Source of the DNA: an uncultured bacterium
GTDB lineage: Bacteria; Verrucomicrobiota; Verrucomicrobiia; Limisphaerales; UBA8199
Length of the DNA: 64,000 bases
Assembly: GCA_963749495.1 (NCBI GenBank)
Contig: CAVVMW010000030.1
Coordinates: 32,001-96,000 of the forward strand
Reading direction: 5' to 3'
The position numbers and the translations under genes are program-made. The notes under the pieces are model-generated. The model made no database searches. It was not told the DNA's origin and saw only the letters and a program-made list of their open reading frames with translations. Numbering within the stretch: position 1 is the first letter of the stretch; each line of letters starts with the position of its first letter. This document shows, piece after piece, positions 42,632 to 51,624 of the stretch.

Positions 42632-43310
42632 CCAGCGCAAAGCTGCTCTGCACCTGGGTTCGTTCATGGCAGTCTTTTTTGCCGTCTGGACCGTTCGAGC
42701 GACTTTTTTCCATGCGATTGACGAGGCAATAGCCTCACCAACTCTCCGGGCCGCTTACTCCAACCTGCTGAAGCTGCTCATCTGGGTTTTGCCAGCGGCG
42801 GTTTTTGTGTATCGGCTGAAGGGATTGGGGCCAGCCAAATACTGGGCCGTGTCCCGCTTTCCGACACAGGCCCAGTGGAGTCTGTGCCTTTGCGCGACTG
42901 CCGCTTTTCTGCTTGCGGTGGCCGCGCTTGAACTGAGCGTCGGCGGCAAGACGATTTCATTCGCCGCCCTCGCCTCGACGCCCCTGATTCTCGGGTTGCT
43001 CTCCTTTGTGGTTTCGCCGCTGCTCGAAGAAATCCTCTTTCGAGGATTCGTGCTGAAAGAACTGTTGAGCCTCTTGCCGCTGGCCTTCGCTAACGCCCTG
43101 ACCTCCCTGCTCTTTGTCGCCGCGCATGTCCCCTATTGGCTATCGCACGGAGGGTTTACCCGCTCCATGGCGGCAGATTGCGCCGGGGTTTTTTTGTTCA
43201 GCCTGCTGGCGGGTTGGTTATTCACGAAAAGTGAGTCTCTCTGGCCGCCCGCCCTCGCGCATATCGCCAACAATATCTTGTCTTCGCTGCTGGCCGCCCG
43301 CAGTGTTTAG
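42624..43310 (+). CDS. CPBP (CAAX) intramembrane metalloprotease
   Basis: EEILFRG, LFVAAH, HIANN. Confidence 0.92.
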   Translation: MTDQRKAALHLGSFMAVFFAVWTVRATFFHAIDEAIASPTLRAAYSNLLKLLIWVLPAAVFVYRLKGLGPAKYWAVSRFPTQAQWSLCLCATAAFLLAVAALELSVGGKTISFAALASTPLILGLLSFVVSPLLEEILFRGFVLKELLSLLPLAFANALTSLLFVAAHVPYWLSHGGFTRSMAADCAGVFLFSLLAGWLFTKSESLWPPALAHIANNILSSLLAARSV

Positions 43311-43363
43311 CAAACGGCCCATTCTATCGGTGCGCCGAGGCATAAAGAGAAAGGACGAAACAG

Positions 43364-43756
43364 ATGAAACCAACCATCAAATGCGGGAAGCACGTCGTTG
43401 AGCACGGGAACCTTTGCGGCTCCAGGTTTCACGATGTGAACCTGACCGAAGCCGATTTCGACGATGTAAACCTGAGCGGAGCAAGGTTCCACAATATCAA
43501 TTTCAGCGACATCCAGGTTTCGGCGGTCCAGATGGGCGGCGCGATTTTCAGGCATGTCGGCCCACCCCGGGACAAGGGCGGCAAGCAGGCACGTCAGAAA
43601 CCGGTTACTTTTGAAGAAGCCATGCTCTGCGACAGCACCTTCCGCAAGGTGGACCTGTCGCATGCCAAGCTCATCGACTGCAACATCCAGGGAATGACCA
43701 TCGATGGGGTTTTAGTCACAGATTTGCTGAAACGACATAAGAGAGCAGACGTTTAA
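43364..43756 (+). CDS. Pentapeptide repeat protein
   Basis: FHDVNLTEADFDDVNLSGARFHNINFS…IQGMTIDGVLVTDLL. Confidence 0.88.
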   Translation: MKPTIKCGKHVVEHGNLCGSRFHDVNLTEADFDDVNLSGARFHNINFSDIQVSAVQMGGAIFRHVGPPRDKGGKQARQKPVTFEEAMLCDSTFRKVDLSHAKLIDCNIQGMTIDGVLVTDLLKRHKRADV

Positions 43757-43799
43757 CGTCGGTTGCTGCCGTGCCCGCTACGGTCTCAGTGCGCTGTAC

Positions 43800-44195
43800 T
43801 CTTGGAATCGCCCATGATGACCAGGTTGGCCGTCGGGTCGCCAGACAGGTGCCGCATCGCCCACCGGAGCAGCGCGGAGTCCTGGCCGAGCCACTTGGCC
43901 TTGCCGTCCTCGCCCCTCAGCAAGCCGCATCTGCTCGAACCTGACCACGAATGCCTCTGCGAAACAAGCAAAGGAATTGTCGAGAAAAATATTCTCTCGG
44001 TTTGTTAGCCCAGCCAGCGCGGGTTGCCGACCTGAACCGCGAGCTGTCCAGGCACCTGGTTGTCCGCCTGACCAACGCGGTTGCCGCCCAGGATGTCTGC
44101 GTCGTCCACCTGCACCGTCCGATGGTCGAGCACGACGGCTAGGCCAGGCATGTTGGCCAGAACCAGGCTGCCGTGGGCCATACGGCACCTGCCCC
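43800..44195. pseudogene. Two back-to-back remnants of an endonuclease/exonuclease/phosphatase (EEP)-fold gene
   Basis: Minus strand: LLRWAMRHLSGDPTANLVIMGD; plus strand: DLNRELSRHLVVRLTNAVAAQDVCVVHLHRP. The family call relies on the IMGDFNE motif in the copy at 28140-28235. Confidence 0.6.
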
Positions 44196-44573
44196 GACCC
44201 GCACCAGTGTCCCCAGACGAGGCGCAGGCCAAGGATGGTGCAACGGTCACCCTATGGGCAGTTGATGACCGCCTAACCGCTTTGCCTTCCCCGCAGGATG
44301 TCCGTGAAGGGCACCCAGGAGCCGCGCTGGGCGCTGACGGGCGGGTTGAAGCACAGCGAACCTCGCGGAGGTTGCTGTCGGCTCGGCCTCAGAAGCATGG
44401 CGCTGACCTGCTGTTCTTGAACACTGCGTCCCGGCGTCAGTTGGGAGCAGCCTTTGCTCTATGGTCCGGCATCATGAAGGCGGCCGGAGAGGGGGTTGGT
44501 CCTCTTGATCTTGATTGGAAGCCCTCGAAGGCTGCGTTCGGGCGCATGTGCCTGCTTCGGCACAAGAAAAGGA

Positions 44574-45040
44574 GTGTCCCTTCGGCAAGCCTGCGGATGG
44601 CCCAAAAATCCCAAGATCTTTCCGAGGCGGGGCCGGACGGTCCCGGCCGGCAGCGTGGGCGCCCGGAGATTGGGGACTATAGGGCCAGAGCGGGAGTGGG
44701 CTCAGCCGGTGTCGGTGGGCGTGGAGACCAATAAGTAGTTCCATGGGAGCCAGCGCTCCGGGTGCTCTTGAACCTGGCGGCTGTTTCGCTGCAGGGCCGT
44801 AAGATAGTCGAAGGGGTCGGCTCCGTTGAGGCGGCAGGTGTGGATGAGGCTCATGAAGAGGTCCCCCACTTCAGCGCCATGCTGGGTTTTGAAGAACAAC
44901 GAGTTTTTCCGGTGGAGGATGGCCATTTTGAGCGCCCGCTCGCAAGGTTGTTGTCCAGCGGAGCTCCCGGCTGGCGCAAGAACAAGGTCAATGCCTCCCA
45001 GTGGTTTTGCACATAGCGGATGGCCCGGCCCAAGCCGGCA
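44574..45040 (-). mobile_element. IS66-family remnant (3' end of transposase, frameshifted)
   Basis: GLGRAIRYVQNHWEALTLFL…PLDNN…ILHRKNSLFFKT…SLIHTCRLNGADPFDYL…WLPWNY; possible terminus GTGTCCCTTCGG at 44574. Confidence 0.85.
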
Positions 45041-45225
45041 GTTCGCCTCGGTCCAGCAATTCCCATTGAACGTGATCTCCGGGGTTCAGGCCGATGGCCG
45101 CCGCTAGCCCGCATATTTCATAGTTGATCGCGAAATTTGGCATGAAATCGCCATGGTGGGCCGGATTTACCGGGCCTGGACCACTGGCAGGATGGCGGGT
45201 GGGTTACCGACAGGGTGTCGAACGC

Positions 45226-45447
45226 TCAGCCGACTGCCAAAGCGCGGGGACGAGCGCGCGGCGGCGGGGCGTGCGGGCGCACCAAATATAGTTCGCTTCG
45301 GTTCAAAAGCTCCCACTCGACCTGCTCTCCCGGCTCCAGCCCAATGGCGGCGGCCAGGGGGATCGGAAAATACACATAGAGCTTGGGGGTCTGCCCCTTG
45401 GAACGGATTGCCTGCACTTTGAGTGAATATTTTACTTGCTTTTTCAT
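45226..45447 (-). CDS. AbrB/MazE/SpoVT-like small DNA-binding protein carried inside IS1380
   Basis: LKVQAI…LYVYFPIPLAAAIGLEPGEQVEWEL fits the swapped-hairpin pattern; homolog in the adjacent IS. Confidence 0.75.
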   Translation of the reverse strand: MKKQVKYSLKVQAIRSKGQTPKLYVYFPIPLAAAIGLEPGEQVEWELLNRSELYLVRPHAPPPRARPRALAVG

Positions 45448-45450
45448 ATC

Positions 45451-45464
45451 TAGCCTATAGACTA
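45451..45464. promoter_or_regulatory. Palindrome between divergent start codons (candidate bidirectional -10 / operator)
   Basis: TAGCCTATAGACTA; TAGACT ends 6 nt before the transposase ATG. Confidence 0.6.
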
Positions 45465-45469
45465 ACTAC

Positions 45470-46918
45470 ATGTGCGTTGCCAATCAAGCAATTCTCTTTG
45501 ATGACTTGGGTCCTCGCCGTGTGCAAGCCGATTTCTCCGGCGGCGCCCTCTCCAGTGATGCCGGCGCGCTGCTGCTGCGCCAGGTTGACACTAACCTCGG
45601 GGTGACGGCGGAACTGGCGCAATGTTTTTACGACCTGCGTGACCCCGACTGGGTAGACCATTCGGTGCAGGAACTCCTGCGCCAGCGCATCTTCGGAACG
45701 GCCCTGGGCTACGAAGACATTGAGGATCACCAGCGCCTGCGCTTGGACCCGCTGCTGGCTGCCGCCTGCGGCAAGACCGATCCGCTGGGACAAGACAGGG
45801 TGCTGCCGCAGCACCGGGGCATCGCGCTGGCGGCGCCCTCCACACTCAACCGGCTGGAATTATCCAATAACAAAGACACGCGCTGCCACAAACTGCCGCA
45901 CGCCCCAGCCAAGGTGGAAGCCTGCCTGCTGAAAATGGGGGTGCGCTGTCTGCCCAAACGCGCCAAGGAGATCGTGGTGGATTTGGACGCAATGGGCCAT
46001 CGGTTGCACGGATTTCAGGAGGGGCGGCACTTCAACGCCTACTATGACGACTATTGTTATCTGCCGCTCTATGCCTTTGTCGGGGACTTCCCGCTATGGG
46101 CGCAACTGCGCACCGCCGAGCACGAGGCAGCCCACGGAGCGGTGCCCGCGCTGGAGAAGATAGTGGCCGCGATTCGCAAGCGTTGCCCCAAGGCGCGGAT
46201 TATTGTGCGCGGGGACAGCGGTTTTGGCCGGCAGGAGATTATGGCTTGGTGCGAGAGCCAGCGGGGGATTTACTATTGCCTGGGCTTGGCCAAGAACTCG
46301 GTGTTAATTGAGAAGCTGGGGCCGGCCCTGGCTCAAGCCCGGGCCCGTCACTGTCTGACCGGTGCGGCCAGCGTGCGCCAGTTCGCTGAGTTTCAATACC
46401 GGACGCTCGACAGTTGGAGTCGGGAGCGCCGGGTGATCGGCAAAGCCGAAGTGATGAACGCAGGGGAAAACCCACGGTTTGTGGTGACCAATCTGCCTGC
46501 CGAAGGCTTCAAGAACGATGAGGATGAGGATGAGCAACAGAGCCGCTTCAGTCCGGCCCGGCTTTATGAGGAACTGTACTGCGCCCGGGGCGATATGGAA
46601 AACCTGCTCAAGCAGCAAGTGCTGGATTTACACGCCGACCGGATGAGCACGCATTATATGGCCAGCAATCAGTTTCGATTGTGGGAGGCCATGTTTGCTT
46701 ACCTGTTGATGGAGCGCTTGCGCACGCAGGGCTTGGCGGGAACGGAGTTGGAGCGGGCGACGGCTGGGAGCCTGCGTGTGAAGCTGCTGAAAATCGCGGC
46801 CCAGGTGCGCGTGAGCGTGCGCCGGGTCTATGTGCAGATGTGCAGCGCCTATCCCTTGCAAGCGCTGTTTCGGCGGTGCCACCGGCGGCTGATGGCGTTG
46901 GCGCCGGCCCCGGGCTAA
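45470..46918 (+). CDS. IS1380-family DDE transposase
   Basis: ADFSGGALSSDAGALLL, LGYED, VDLDA, YYDDYCYLPL, VRGDSGF, YCARGDMEN, ASNQFRL. Confidence 0.95.
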   Translation: MCVANQAILFDDLGPRRVQADFSGGALSSDAGALLLRQVDTNLGVTAELAQCFYDLRDPDWVDHSVQELLRQRIFGTALGYEDIEDHQRLRLDPLLAAACGKTDPLGQDRVLPQHRGIALAAPSTLNRLELSNNKDTRCHKLPHAPAKVEACLLKMGVRCLPKRAKEIVVDLDAMGHRLHGFQEGRHFNAYYDDYCYLPLYAFVGDFPLWAQLRTAEHEAAHGAVPALEKIVAAIRKRCPKARIIVRGDSGFGRQEIMAWCESQRGIYYCLGLAKNSVLIEKLGPALAQARARHCLTGAASVRQFAEFQYRTLDSWSRERRVIGKAEVMNAGENPRFVVTNLPAEGFKNDEDEDEQQSRFSPARLYEELYCARGDMENLLKQQVLDLHADRMSTHYMASNQFRLWEAMFAYLLMERLRTQGLAGTELERATAGSLRVKLLKIAAQVRVSVRRVYVQMCSAYPLQALFRRCHRRLMALAPAPG

Positions 46919-47237
46919 GTGCAGAAAAATGGGGTCGATGTTTCAAGAGTCACGGGAGGGGTGTTTTCAGCGGCAGCCTTTTTGTTTGACTAAAGACTCC
47001 GTTGCGCCCTGATCAGTGCCCAGACGGAAAAAACTGCGCCGCCCAGCCCGATTTGTCTCCAAAAAATCCTCCGAAACGCGAAAAGCCGGGTGGGCTATGA
47101 AATATGCGGGCTAGGGCCAGGGGAAAAGTCACGAAGAGCCGGGGCTGCTTGCCTTGCGAACGGATGGCCTGGACCTTCAAAGGATAGGTGGTCTGCATTT
47201 TTTTTCGATATTGTTTCAGATTGTGCTTGCATTTCAT

Positions 47238-47260
47238 GGGTTAGATTATAATCTAATCCC
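47238..47260. promoter_or_regulatory. Palindrome filling the spacer between divergent start codons
   Basis: GGGTTAGATTATAATCTAATCCC; perfect 16-bp core with TATAAT on both strands. Confidence 0.65.
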
Positions 47261-48549
47261 ATGTCCGATGCTCTTATTATTCCTTTTGAACTGCCCCTGC
47301 CGCAAGTCCTGCCCACCATCGAAGGCAATGTTGATTACCGCGATTTCCGCGACCAGTTGCTGCGCATCGATCATCTGCTGCGCGACAGCGGCCTGGAAAC
47401 CCAACTCATGCGAAAAGACCTCCAGGGGTGGCTGGGCCGGCACCCACACGTCAGCGCCAAAGCCCAGCAGACCCGCCAAAAGCACTGCCGGCGCGCCTTG
47501 CGCTGCAATATCGCCCCCACCTTGATCGGGGGAAACTACCGCGGGTTTGCCGCCCGTTCGGCCGACAGCCCCTTGCTCCAATTCTTCTGCGGCCTCAGCG
47601 AAGTGGACCGCGTGCAGGTGCCCAGCAAAAGCACCCTCCAGCGCTATGATCTGTGGTGGCCAGAAGCCCAGGTGCACCAAGTCGTTGAGCAACTGCTCAA
47701 TCAAGGCGCCACAGCCCCGGACCAACTCCATCTGCCCCAGGCCCTGGATCTGGAAAGCGCCTTCCTGGACACCACCTGCCTGGCGGCCAACATCCACTAC
47801 CCGGTCAATTGGGCGTTGCTGCGCGACGGCACCCGCACGCTCATGAAGGCGGTGCAACTCATCCGTGACCAGGGCCTCAAACATCGCATGGAAGAGCCCC
47901 AGACATTTGTCCGGCGCATCAACCACCTGTGCATCCAGATGACTCACTGGGAGTTCTTTCGCGAGAGCGCCCCCGCCGACTCGGCGCTGCTGCGCCGCAG
48001 CGTGGGGCGGATGGAAGCTGCCTACGGACCCAAACTCCGGGCGATGGCGGCCGACCGGGGCTTCGACAACCAAACCAACCGGATCGGCTTAGAAGCGCAG
48101 GAGATTTACAACGCGGTGTGTCCACGCGATCCGCGGCTGCTCCGGCAGCGGGGCCGTGGCTGGAAGTTCAAGCGGCTGCAACGACGCCGGGCGCAAACAG
48201 AGGGGCGGATCGGCATTGTGAAGAACGTGTTTTTGGGCGGGCGGATGCGCAGCAAGGGCTTTGCGCACCTGGAGTTGACGGTGACCTGGACGGTGCTGGT
48301 GCATAACCTGTGGGTGCTGGCGCGGTTGCAGCGCGCGGCGGCAGCACAGGCTCGCCGCCAGGCGGCCTGAAGGCCGCCAAGAGGATCTCCTGAAGAGAGC
48401 AACGGTGGAACGGGTGTGTACCGAGAGGCCGGTTTTTTAGGAAGATCACGTCCCGGGCTTGCGGAGCCGCGGGCTCACATTATGATTTAAACACTATCGT
48501 TTAGAGTTACTGATGATATTTCTAAAAGCCGCCCTTTGGGGACAGGCTC
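47261..48549 (+). mobile_element. IS5-like/ISNCY element: transposase ORF 47261-48370 (probable in-frame deletion at ~47947) plus right end
   Basis: FLDTTCLAANIHYPVNWALLRD, AADRGF, RRRAQTEGRIG, VLVHNLW; abrupt join CIQMTH|WEFFRES; GGGACAGGCTC-TAG right end; left end not found. Confidence 0.75.
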
Positions 48550-48932
48550 TAGATAGTGCTCAGGCAAACCCGGTAGAGGGGCTTACTCACACAGCCCAGG
48601 ACCTGTTTGACTTCCTCTCGGCTCAAGACTACGGGCAGTTTCTTTTCCGCGGGCGGGCGCAGGAGCTTCAAGCTGGTCCAGTCTCGGTGCAGGGTGCTCT
48701 GGAAGAAGAACTTGATGCCGCACAGGGCGGTGGTGATGGTGGGACGGGCCAGTTTTCGTTGGAGAGTCAGGTGGAGGAAGTACTGGCGCAACTCCTCCTC
48801 GGTGAGCTGGTCGGGCGATTTGGCGTAATGCTTGGCCAGGCCGGCCACGACGGCGACGTACCTGTTCTGAGTCTGGGCAGCCAAACCGTGCAGTTGCATA
48901 TCTTGGAGGAATCGAGTACGCAGAGGCGACAT
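48549..48932 (-). pseudogene. Tyrosine recombinase (IS91-associated type), N-terminal part, cut by the IS5-like element
   Basis: MSPLRTRFLQDMQLHG…SPDQL…ALCGIKFFF…KLPVVLSREEV; ends at the IS right end. Confidence 0.85.
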
Positions 48933-49083
48933 GATTGTCCTTTCTGGAGAGGGTGGTTAATCATCTCCGGCAAGAGATGGATCTTCGTTTGAAGATCAGC
49001 CCTTTCCAGAAGGACATCTTGCCATCAGAGGGCCCAGGCAAACAAGCTGATCGCCCCCCCTATCCGCGAAGCGGATTGAGTTC

Positions 49084-49262
49084 AACCACGGAATACACGG
49101 AACACACGGAATCCTGAAGCGGCGCCATTTCCTTTCCGTGTATTCCGTGTATTCGGTGGTTATGGGATTGAGCTTCAGGCGTCCCTTTCGGGACGCGGGT
49201 TTTTGGGGCGTCGTACCCGGCGCTGAAGCGCCGGGCTATTCTCGGGATGTCCCTCCGGGACA
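49084..49262. repeat. Two adjacent REP-like palindromic elements
   Basis: AACCACGGAATACACGGAA…TTCCGTGTATTCGGTGGTT (49084-49161); CGTCCCTTTCGGGACG…CCCGGCGCTGAAGCGCCGGG…GTCCCTCCGGGAC (49180-49262). Confidence 0.7.
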
Positions 49263-49385
49263 AAGCTTGACGTCGGCCCCGCGTGAACATTCACGTCAAA
49301 CCCGGTCCTGCACCTGAACAGTCAGCATGGCCGCCTCGGTTCATTTCGCGAAAACTCTTGTCCGGTTTGCATCCCCGATGGCTTC

Positions 49386-50714
49386 TTAGTGGTGAAATGA
49401 AGTTGGCTGATTTGCTACCTGGCGCGTCAGCCTGGGATCACCTGCCTGCAACGGCCATGGGCTGTTGGTCGCCAGGCCCACCCCGACGCTCAACGCGTAA
49501 ATCGCGTCATAAGGGCTTCCGAAGCACACATAGAGCGTGCCATTGGTGGTGAGCAGCGGGGGAGCGACGGAGACGTTCAACCCGCTTCCAAAATCCTCGC
49601 TCAAGAGCCTCTTGAACTCCCTCCAGTTGCCGAACCTGCGCTTCGATAACGGGCGGTGCGGCTTGAAGACCCACCGCACCGTTCCATCCGGGTTCAGGGC
49701 CGTCACCTTCGGGTCGGATGACACCACGAAGAGCGTGCCATCCGAGGCAACGGCGGGAGGCGCAAAACTCCAGTGCGGCCCCAACGGGGACTGCCACTTC
49801 TTTTCGCCGTTCTTCGTCACGGCAACAAGAAACCTGTCGCCGGGACCGGCACTGGCCGTGAAGAACAAGGAGCCATCAGGTCCGATGGTCGGGGCCGAGG
49901 AGGCGTGGAAGGGGCTAATAAAGCGCCAGCGCACGGCCCCGTCCGGGTTCAGCGCCGTCAAGGTTGCCCCGGTTTCACCAGGATGATACACATTGCCGTC
50001 CCAGTCCATCGAGAAGGAAAGGTCCGTCCTGTTGTCGTCGGGCCATGAGCTCACGGTCCGGGGAGTCCCGTCAGACCCTGACCTATCAAACCGACAGAGC
50101 TGAGTGTTGGTTCCGGCAGAGGACTCGAAGAGAATCGACCCATCGCTGGAGATTTCCAGCGGCGAAAGATGTGTGTTGGTCGAGTCGAAATGCCATAGTT
50201 CCCGCCCATCCTTGCTCACTGCGAACAGGGTCTTGGGGCTGGAAAAACCCGCGGCAACCTTGAAATAGACCGTATCGCGGCGATCCAGCGCGAACGCGAT
50301 GTCAAACGGGCTGGTCGCGATGCCCTTCATTGGGAACCGCCACTTCACTGACCCGTCCGGACGCAGGGCCAGAAGGCCCGAGTTGGTTCCGCCGATGATG
50401 TCGGTGAACCGCGTCGTGGCCTCGCGCACGTAGATGGTGCCGTCTTGTCCGATCACCGGTGCGGAGTCGATCCAGATGCCGTCGGGTGAAGACCAGAGCC
50501 GTTTCCCGGCCGCATCGAATGCGCGAAGGACGCCAAAGCCCTTCTGGTAGAGGGTTCCGTCCTGGCCCAGGGCCAGGTCACGGCCCATGCTGGACCGAGC
50601 CGGGACCTTCCAAAGGAGGGGAACGGGCGGGCGATTGGCCGATACAATTACAATTGCGAGGGCCACAAGAACCAGGAAGCCCAGCCAACAGCCAATACCC
50701 CAATGTATCTTCAT
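49386..50714 (-). CDS. Membrane-anchored PQQ-like beta-propeller protein
   Basis: N-terminal TM; repeats SAPVIGQDGTIYV, LALRPDGSVKWRF, ALNPDGAVRWRF. Confidence 0.85.
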   Translation of the reverse strand: MKIHWGIGCWLGFLVLVALAIVIVSANRPPVPLLWKVPARSSMGRDLALGQDGTLYQKGFGVLRAFDAAGKRLWSSPDGIWIDSAPVIGQDGTIYVREATTRFTDIIGGTNSGLLALRPDGSVKWRFPMKGIATSPFDIAFALDRRDTVYFKVAAGFSSPKTLFAVSKDGRELWHFDSTNTHLSPLEISSDGSILFESSAGTNTQLCRFDRSGSDGTPRTVSSWPDDNRTDLSFSMDWDGNVYHPGETGATLTALNPDGAVRWRFISPFHASSAPTIGPDGSLFFTASAGPGDRFLVAVTKNGEKKWQSPLGPHWSFAPPAVASDGTLFVVSSDPKVTALNPDGTVRWVFKPHRPLSKRRFGNWREFKRLLSEDFGSGLNVSVAPPLLTTNGTLYVCFGSPYDAIYALSVGVGLATNSPWPLQAGDPRLTRQVANQPTSFHH

Positions 50715-50842
50715 CGATCTCACAGGTTTCCTGCCGGGTAACCTGCGGCAGTTTATCCCCCGTGCCCCGGGGTGCAAGCGTCCGTGGCGAGGGAAAACGC
50801 TCTTTGCCTGTCCAATTTTGGCGGTTGCGGGTAATCTTCTGA

Positions 50843-51009
50843 ATGAACTCACCTCTTCTGAAGTCGAGCCGGTCTGGGAGCGGATTGCGCCGCACCTGGA
50901 CCTGGCGCTCGGACAATTGAAGGCGGCCCTCCACGATCTGGAGCAAGAGCTCAAGCGCCTGCTGACCACCAAAGGCGACCCGGCAACGAAATCCGCTCCG
51001 AAGCAGTAG
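50843..51009 (+). pseudogene. Internal fragment of an ECF sigma factor fused to an unrelated tail
   Basis: MNELTSSEVEPVWERIAPHLDLALGQL vs MNELLGPDPADQLWQEIRPVLDNVMHEL in the 51625 gene. Confidence 0.6.
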
Positions 51010-51124
51010 GCGCTCTGCGATTACGGGTTTGCCACGCTGGCCTGATTGAGCATACTGCGGCCATGCGGAAACAGCTTCGCATCACGTCGGCGGTATCTCA
51101 TCTGGCGCGAACCAACGAGAGTTT

Positions 51125-51319
51125 ATGAAGGCAAAGACGACATTCATCATGGGCGCCCTGGCGCTCGCAGCAGCGGCGCAGAGCGAGGAGATCGTGGGAG
51201 TGGGGATGGTGCTTCAGGCCGATGGGGGAAGGGGACCAAGCGTCGGCTTGGTCCTGCCTGCGGGACCCGCGGCCAGGGCTGGGATCAGGCAGGGGTTTCT
51301 CATCTTGTCAATCGGGTGA
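51125..51319 (+). pseudogene. Secreted PDZ-domain protein, truncated
   Basis: Signal peptide, IVGVGMVL…VLPAGPAARAGIRQGFLILSI. Confidence 0.65.
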
Positions 51320-51624
51320 TCTCCGAGGGCTTCCCCGTCGAGGACGTGGAGCCAAGACTCCAGGATTTGAAGGCAGAAAAGGTCCCGGAAAGCCTGCCCA
51401 ACGCAGGAGTCGAGGACGTGGAGGCAATCCTCCGGGATTCGAAGGGGTCGCCCTGATCATCAGGCCCTTACCCTTGGACAGTGTTCCCTGGTTTGGACGA
51501 TTGCATCGTTCACCTGGGTCGTGATCTCCAGATTCAGCAGGAGGGCTTGGAGCCGTTACGGAACGGCCGGTAATCATATTCGTGTGATTTTCGCGTTCGG
51601 CGCACATTACTTTTATGAACGAAG

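Larger units (their letters stand above)
45108..47110 (+). mobile_element. Complete IS1380-family insertion sequence
   Basis: Perfect 16-bp TIR CCCGCATATTTCATAG / CTATGAAATATGCGGG; CTAG duplicated at 45104-45107 and 47111-47114. Confidence 0.95.
45040..47237 (-). pseudogene. AbrB-like small gene of the IS5-like element, split by IS1380 (pieces 47111-47237 and 45040-45107)
   Basis: Removing 45108-47114 gives …YPLKVQAIRSQGKQPRLFVTFPLALAAAIGLNPGDHVQWELLDRGEL. Confidence 0.85.

Noticed and set aside
48549..48932. Integron integrase serving the attC-like sites
   Set aside because: N-terminus matches the IS91-associated recombinase type, and the catalytic domain is missing
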